Below, piece after piece: positions 57,412 through 64,000 of a DNA stretch of 64,000 bases. A program made the position numbers and the translations under genes. Within the stretch, counting starts at the first letter, position 1, and every line of letters begins with the position of its first letter. The DNA is from Adineta vaga (Eukaryota; Animalia; Rotifera). The notes below the pieces were generated by a model. The model saw nothing but the letters and a program-made list of their open reading frames with translations, did no database searches and was not told where the DNA came from. Where the stretch lies: positions 1,302,001-1,366,000 of the forward strand of contig CP075493.1 in assembly GCA_021613535.1 (NCBI GenBank). Direction: 5' to 3'.

Positions 57412-60400
57412 ATGTACACATTTTCAACATTACCGATTGAACTCGTCTATCGAATTTTGGATCATCTGTCTGGTTTTACACTATTTTGTTCAATGCAAAA
57501 TGTTTGCCAACGTTTTAATCAAATTCTGAACATTTATCATCGATATGAAGTAAGTTTCCAAAGTGCTTTACCTATTTTATCATCTGCTCAAGCACACATG
57601 AGTCTTGCAATATCGAACTTAATCAGTTTACTCAAAGAAAAAACAAATTTCACAATTCCAAAGCAATTTCCACGAGTCAACCAAACAAAACATTGACTCA
57701 TGCCATTAAAACAACCTTTCTTCTCCCTGTTCTTTACTATCTATGCGCATAGAATATACATCTTATTAAACGTGCACTCATGTGCCGCACAACAATAAAT
57801 CCGCAGCATTAAAACATCTTTCTCCTTTCAACCAAATGTCACTATTGCAACTCTTAAACAATTCCACAACTATCTCTGACACCCACCGAACAAAATAAAC
57901 TGAACTGTTTTATATTCTACCCCGACTCCATACGATCTTTCGCAATCCAAATCTAAAAATAACAATCCAAAACCATTCGAAATCAACAAGTATCACTACC
58001 TTCAGTACAGTACTCACTCCACTCATTCGACGATTCGAACATTAACTCACTAATAATCAGACAAGCACTGATTTCTCTTTTCACTCCATGAAACCAGATC
58101 GAACACTTTCACACACTACAGCCACACCTCTTGTATAATCCTATATCTAATTGAAAAACCTTACTCTAAAGTTCCGATTGCTTTACTCACATTGTCGAAA
58201 GGAATACTCTATACATAGACACTCACCGCACTCGATCTCGGGCACAATCAAATCGGCCATCAAGGGGCACAACATATTGGTGATGCCTTGCGAATAAACA
58301 CAGTAATATTCATTCGCTCTTGTCCTAATTGACACATCTATGCTTTCTCTCCTCTATAGACACTCAACACACTAAATCTCGAGAACAATGGAATCGGCGA
58401 TCAAGGAGCACAACATATTGGTGATGCCTTGCGAATAAACACGGTAATATTCATTCGCTCGTGTCCTGATTGACACATCCATGCTCTCTCTCCTCTATAG
58501 ACACTTAACACACTAAATCTCGAGAACAATGGAATCGGCGATCAAGGAGCACAACATATTTGTGGTGCCTTGCGAATAAACACGGTAATATTTATTCGCT
58601 CTTGTCCTAATTGACACATCGATGCTCTCTCTCCTCTATAGACACTGACCACACTAAGTCTGCGATACAATCAAATCGGCGATCAAGGAGCACAACATAT
58701 TGGTGATGCCTTGCGAATAAACACGGTAATATTTATTCGCTCTTGCCCTAATTGACACATCGATGCTCTCTCTCCTCTATAGACACTGACCACACTAAGT
58801 CTGCGATGCAATCAAATCGGCGATCAAGGAGCACAACATATTGGTGATGCCTTGCGAATAAACACAGTAATATTCATTCGCTCTTGTCCTGATTGACACA
58901 TCCATGCTTTCTCTTCTCTATAGACACTTAACACACTAAATCTCGAGAACAATGGAATCGGCGATCAAGGAGCACAACATATTGGTGATGCCTTGCGAAC
59001 AAACACGGTAGTACTCATTTGCTCTTGACCTAATTGACACATCCATACTCTCTCTGCTATGTAGACACTCACCACACTAAATCTGGAGGACAATGAAATC
59101 GGTGATCAAGGAGCACAACATATTGGTGATGCCTTGCGAACAAATACGGTAATATTTATTCGCTCTTGTCCTAATTGACACATCCATGCTCTCTCTCCTC
59201 TATAGACACTGACCACACTAAATCTGAAGAAAAATGAAATCGGTGATCAAGGAGCACAACATATTGGTGATGCCTTGCGAACAAACACGGTAATATTTAT
59301 TCGCTCTTGTCCTAATTGACACATCCATGCTCTCTCTGCTATGTAGACACTCACCACACTAAATCTCCGATACAATCAAATCGACGATCAAGGAGCACAA
59401 CATATTGGTGGTGCCTTGCGAATAAACACGGTAATATTTATTCGCTCTTGTCCTGATTGACACATCCATGCTCTCTCTCCTCTATAGACACTGACCACAC
59501 TAAATCTCGAGATCAATGGAATCGGCGATCAAGGAGCACAACATATTGGTGGTGCCTTGCGAATAAACACGGTAATATTTATTCGCTCTTGTCCTAATTG
59601 ACACATCCATGCTCTCTCTCCTCTATAGACACTGACCACACTAAATCTGCGATACAATCGAATCGGCCATCAAGGAGCACAACATATTGGTGATGCCTTG
59701 CGAGCAAACACGGTAATACTCATTTGCTCTTGTCCTGATTGACACATCCATACTCTCTCTGCTATGTAGACACTCACCACACTAAATCTGGAGGACAATG
59801 AAATCGGTGATCAAGGAGCACAACATATTGGTGATGCCTTGCGAACAAATACGGTAATATTTATTCGCTCTTGTCCTGATTGACACATCCATGCTGTCTC
59901 TCCTCTATAGACACTCAGCACGCTAGATATCGGGGGTAATCAAATCGGCCATCAAGCAGCACAACGTATTGGTGATGCCTTGCGAATAAACACAGTAATA
60001 TTCATTCGCTCTTGTCCTAATTGACACATCTATGCTTTCTCTCCTCTATAGACACTCAACACACTAAATCTCGAGAACAATGGAATCGGCGATCAAGAAG
60101 CACAACATATTGGTGATGCCTTGCGAATAAACACGGTAATATTTATTCGCTCTTGTCCTGATTGACACATCCATGCTCTCTCTCCTCTATAGACACTCAG
60201 CACGCTGGATATCGGGGGTAATCAAATCGGCCATCAAGGAGCACAACATATTGGTGGTGCCTTGCGAATAAACACGGTAATATTCATTCGCTCTTGTCCT
60301 AATTGACACATCCATGCTCTCTCTCCTCTATAGACACTGACCACACTAAATCTGCGTTACAATCAAATCGGCGATCAAGGAGCACAACATATTGGTGATG

Positions 60401-61272
60401 CCTTGCGAATAAACACAGTAATATTTATTCGCTCTTGTCCTAATTGACACATCGATGCTCTCTCTCCTCTATAGACACTGACCACACTAAATCTGCGATA
60501 CAATCGAATCGGCAATCAAGGCGCACAACATATTGGGGATGCCTTGCGAATAAACACTGTAATATTCATTCGCTCTTGTCCTGATTGACACATCCATACT
60601 CTCTCTGCTATGTAGACACTCACCACACTAATTCTGAAGGACAATGAAATCGGTGATCAAGGAGCACAACATATTGGTGATGCCTTGCGAATAAACACGG
60701 TAATATTCATTCGCTCGTGTCCTGATTGACACATCCATGCTCTCTCTCCTCTATAGACACTTAACACACTAAATCTCGAGAACAATGGAATCGGCGATCA
60801 AGAAGCACAACATATTTGTGGTGCCTTGCGAATAAACACGGTAATATTTATTCGCTCTTGTCCTGATTGACACATCCATGCTCTTTCTCCTCTATAGACA
60901 CTCACCACGCTAGATATCGGGGGTAATCAAATCGGCCATCAAGGAGCACAACATATTGGTGATGCCTTGCGAATAAACACGGTAATATTCATTCGCTCTT
61001 GTCCTGATTGACACATCCATGCTCTCTCTCCTCTATAGACACTCACCACACTAAATCTCCGATACAATCCAATCGGCGATCAAGGAGCACAACATATTGG
61101 TGATGCCTTGCGGACAAACACGGTAATACTCATTTGCTCTTGACCTAATTGACACATCCATACTCTCTCTGCTATGTAGACACTCACCACACTAAATCTC
61201 GAGGACAATCAAATTGGTGCTCAAGAAAGAAAGTATCTCCGAAATACTTTTGGAAATAGGTTAACGTTGTAG
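57412..61272 (+). CDS. F-box plus 22 ribonuclease-inhibitor-type LRR protein (exon 1 57412-57549; 21 84-nt exons starting at 58219+141n; last exon 61180-61272), ~664 aa
   Basis: MYTFSTLPIELVYRILDHL F-box ends at a phase-0 GTAAGT donor; each exon encodes TLxxLx[LI]xxNxIGxQGAQHIGDALRxNT; all introns GT-AG and phase 0; no stops or frameshifts seen. Confidence 0.9.
58219..61200 (+). repeat. Tandem repeat, 141-bp unit (84-nt exon plus 57-nt intron), 21 full copies plus a partial copy
   Basis: Exon starts fall at 58219, 58360, 58501 ... 61039, 61180, an exact 141-bp period. Confidence 0.97.
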
Positions 61273-61859
61273 TTGGGATTCGAGGAACATTGTTTTTTAG
61301 TTCTCTTTTCTGGAGAATTGTTTTAGAGGAAACCGATGTGGTGAGGAATGAATACACAGTGTGCTTCGAAGTCGTATTGATCGTACAATAACGTGTTTTG
61401 TTTTATGCTCTTGATTTCCGGCCGTGAGAGATGTGTCTATGATCTAAGTTGTTGATTTGTGTGTGTCCGAGATAGCGAAATCCCATGTTTGAAATGCACT
61501 ATAATTTATTAGTTGAAGTTTGATGGGTATCATATGATATTTTGTGAAAGTGTCTACTCTTAATATAATGTCTTTTGAAAATTTTTCAATAGTGGAAAGG
61601 TTATAAAGAAGAAGGACGACCGTTGATCCGTCTTATGAGCCTTTTAATGGGTCCGCTGCACTTATTCCCATCGCTGATCTATTAGGAACGACTGGGAAAT
61701 TATTTCTTAAACATTCTGTTGTGCGTGAAAACGTAGCAAAATATTCTTTCGAACTTTATTTTGAATATTTCTCATAATAGAGAGTTGGGGTTGACGGCAA
61801 TATAAAGTGGATGACGAGTTTGACAACTTTATTTAGTTGCTTCTTTGATTTGACGTTTG

Positions 61860-63990
61860 ATGTCTAATGATAGAAAAATGTTTTGTATTCGTACATCTTT
61901 CAAGATAAAAAAGAAAGTTTTAGAGAAAGGAGTGTATCTCAGTCTCAACAAACTAATGTTTAGAAACACAAGTTTGGATATACATCGCATCTGGATGCAA
62001 CTTCCGATATATGCGAGCTTCAACGAAAGACGGCGAAATGAATTTGTAAACACAAAGAGTGTTTCATGTTTACATAGTGACCCGTACTTATATTCCCTTC
62101 CTATTCATTATCATTCTGAGAATTACAAGAGTATGATTAATTCGCGAGTGGTAAAGTCGTTCTGTCTTGAGTTTACACATATTTCTTTTTGAATATATTC
62201 ATCATCGGTGTCGATGAAACCGAGTATACTAGATCTATCGAAATTTTTCATGCTATGCATTCAAATAATTACACATGATAATGAACATTTAGTTGTTGAA
62301 TGTACATCCAAAATAGTTTTTTTTTATCTAATATGACGATTTTGTTTATTTGAGAAATCAATGTGAACTGCCTTTCTGAATTCATCGATTGTGATGAACA
62401 TTGTTCTAAAATATACCATCGACGCATGTATCATGACATTTGTTTCATTGAACCAATGGCATATTGATCACTGACTTTTTAACTAGGAATATATTGATGA
62501 AGTATATAATTGTCATATTTACACTGAATGGAAATTTTCTTTCATATAATATTGGTATTTTAACAAAGATGGGATTATATCTGACATGAATTAACAAATA
62601 ATATCTAACATTAGTCGAAAAGAGATAAAAAAATTAAGGATAAACTTTGTTTGGTTTGATTTAATCAATTTTGATTGCAATGCTCTAAATATATTTGTAA
62701 AAAATATCGAATTCATATAATAGTTACCTATAACCTTTGAACAATTTCACAGCATCCAAACAACGAGAATTCAAACGAGTGTTGCATCATAACCAAGATA
62801 AAAATGAAGACATTATCAAACGTAATTCGAAAGACGAGCTTGTGAATTTTAAAATAATCGATTGTGAACGGATATTATCCACTGTCATAATTAGGTAAAT
62901 AACTATTGAATCCATACAAAAAATTCAATAAACTCTTTTTCTTTATTTTTTAATACTTGATGTTTCCAGATAAAAACTTTCTCTTCCATCAGAAAACATA
63001 TACATTTTGACCAAAATTATAGAGTATATGATTGTTCGTTCTTTTTTCAATGTTTTAAATTCTAATGAAAACAAATAATAATGTTGATGTCTTGCGTAGA
63101 AGAAGTTTTTCTTTTCTACTTTCATGGCAAAAGAGATAAAAACTTCCATATTTAGACATGCGAAATGAGAACAAAATTAAAAATGAACATTCCGTAAATC
63201 TCATCTATATTTCTACTCATTTTGTTTCTTATTTATAGACAAGCAGTAATTTATTAGAGCAACTCTATTTTCATTTAATTACCATAAGTGTTCTAATCTT
63301 TTTTGATCATTGTCTTTGAAGGTAATATTTGTTTAAAGCATCATATGATATATGCTTCTCATTATCGTCTTTCGATATATCCCTATTATTTTATTCTTCT
63401 ATAGAATAATGTTGTCTATTGATTTATGTAAATCTAGGTTTACAATAGAAAATCTTCTGGAATACTCGACTGTTTTTTTCGAAACCTATTTAATTCTCAT
63501 TTGATCGTATCTTACGTTAATATTACGAGAAACTATGTTTTATTTCAGATTCTCTCAACATTAAAAATCTATTGTGGAACACTTTCATATTATTTTCCTT
63601 CGACACAATTTGAGATCAATTGCCTCTATACTTTCCGAAATATACACAATACATTATGACTTTCTCATATAGCTGAATGGAATATTTACTCGTTGATAAT
63701 TCAATATATTGTAATCAATTGATTTGTTTATTATCGTGTGTTCCATAATTTCGTTATTTATCAGCAAATTTATTACGTCAATATGATCCTACACAACCAA
63801 ATTTATATGACATGATGTTGATTAATTTGACATATGCATCTTTTAAATTCAAATCCGAAGCAGTTGATATTTTTGAACAATTTTTTATCAATCATTTTCC
63901 TTCTATTGAAATTTTATTCATCGCATCAGATATTAGATGCATGAAAGCCAACTCTGAAAATAAAAAAGGAGTTTTCCAGAACCTTTTTGG
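61860..63990 (+). pseudogene. Degenerate F-box/LRR-like family remnants
   Basis: LYSLP (~62090) and LYTFP (~63625) motifs resembling the LYTLP-type motifs of the other F-box genes here; frames broken. Confidence 0.3.
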
Positions 63991-64000
63991 GGGTTCGGCC

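Noticed and set aside
57373-57696. 107-aa ORF as a complete gene
   Set aside because: It reads through the GTAAGT donor at 57550; the likely real gene starts at ATG 57412 and splices to the LRR exons.
58219-61200. CRISPR-like array (constant repeat with short variable segments)
   Set aside because: The variable parts are codon-level variants within spliceable LRR exons; units have GT-AG introns; no cas genes; eukaryotic context.

Overview
AT-rich eukaryotic (animal) genomic DNA with many short (~40-65 nt) GT-AG introns. The gene style (expanded F-box and NHL families, CCCAGG-ended MITEs, compact housekeeping clusters) suggests a bdelloid rotifer; this is an inference. Conserved genes: KAT5/Tip60 3' end, ANP32, DDI1, innexin, PSMA7, a CCCH/PARP-like gene, ENSA, RIOK2, an SDR, a WD40 gene, PA2G4, GEMIN6 and SUPV3L1. 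Between them lie F-box pseudogenes, MITEs, a decayed hAT element and local duplications. The standout, missed by the ORF track, is an intact F-box gene (57412-61272). Its C-terminus is encoded by 22 tandem phase-0 exons on an exact 141-bp period (84-nt exon = one 28-aa LRR, plus a 57-nt intron). Introns and the helix half of each LRR are homogenised, the predicted ligand-facing residues are hypervariable, and the order of repeat types is shuffled. This is a candidate exon-shuffling, diversifying intracellular recognition (SCF receptor) system. Other notable points: probable trans-spliced operons (GEMIN6-SUPV3L1 gap of 18 bp), three duplications of gene 3' ends bracketing pseudogene cargo, and a micro-exon array of PKA sites. 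Exon coordinates were read by eye and may be off by a few bases.
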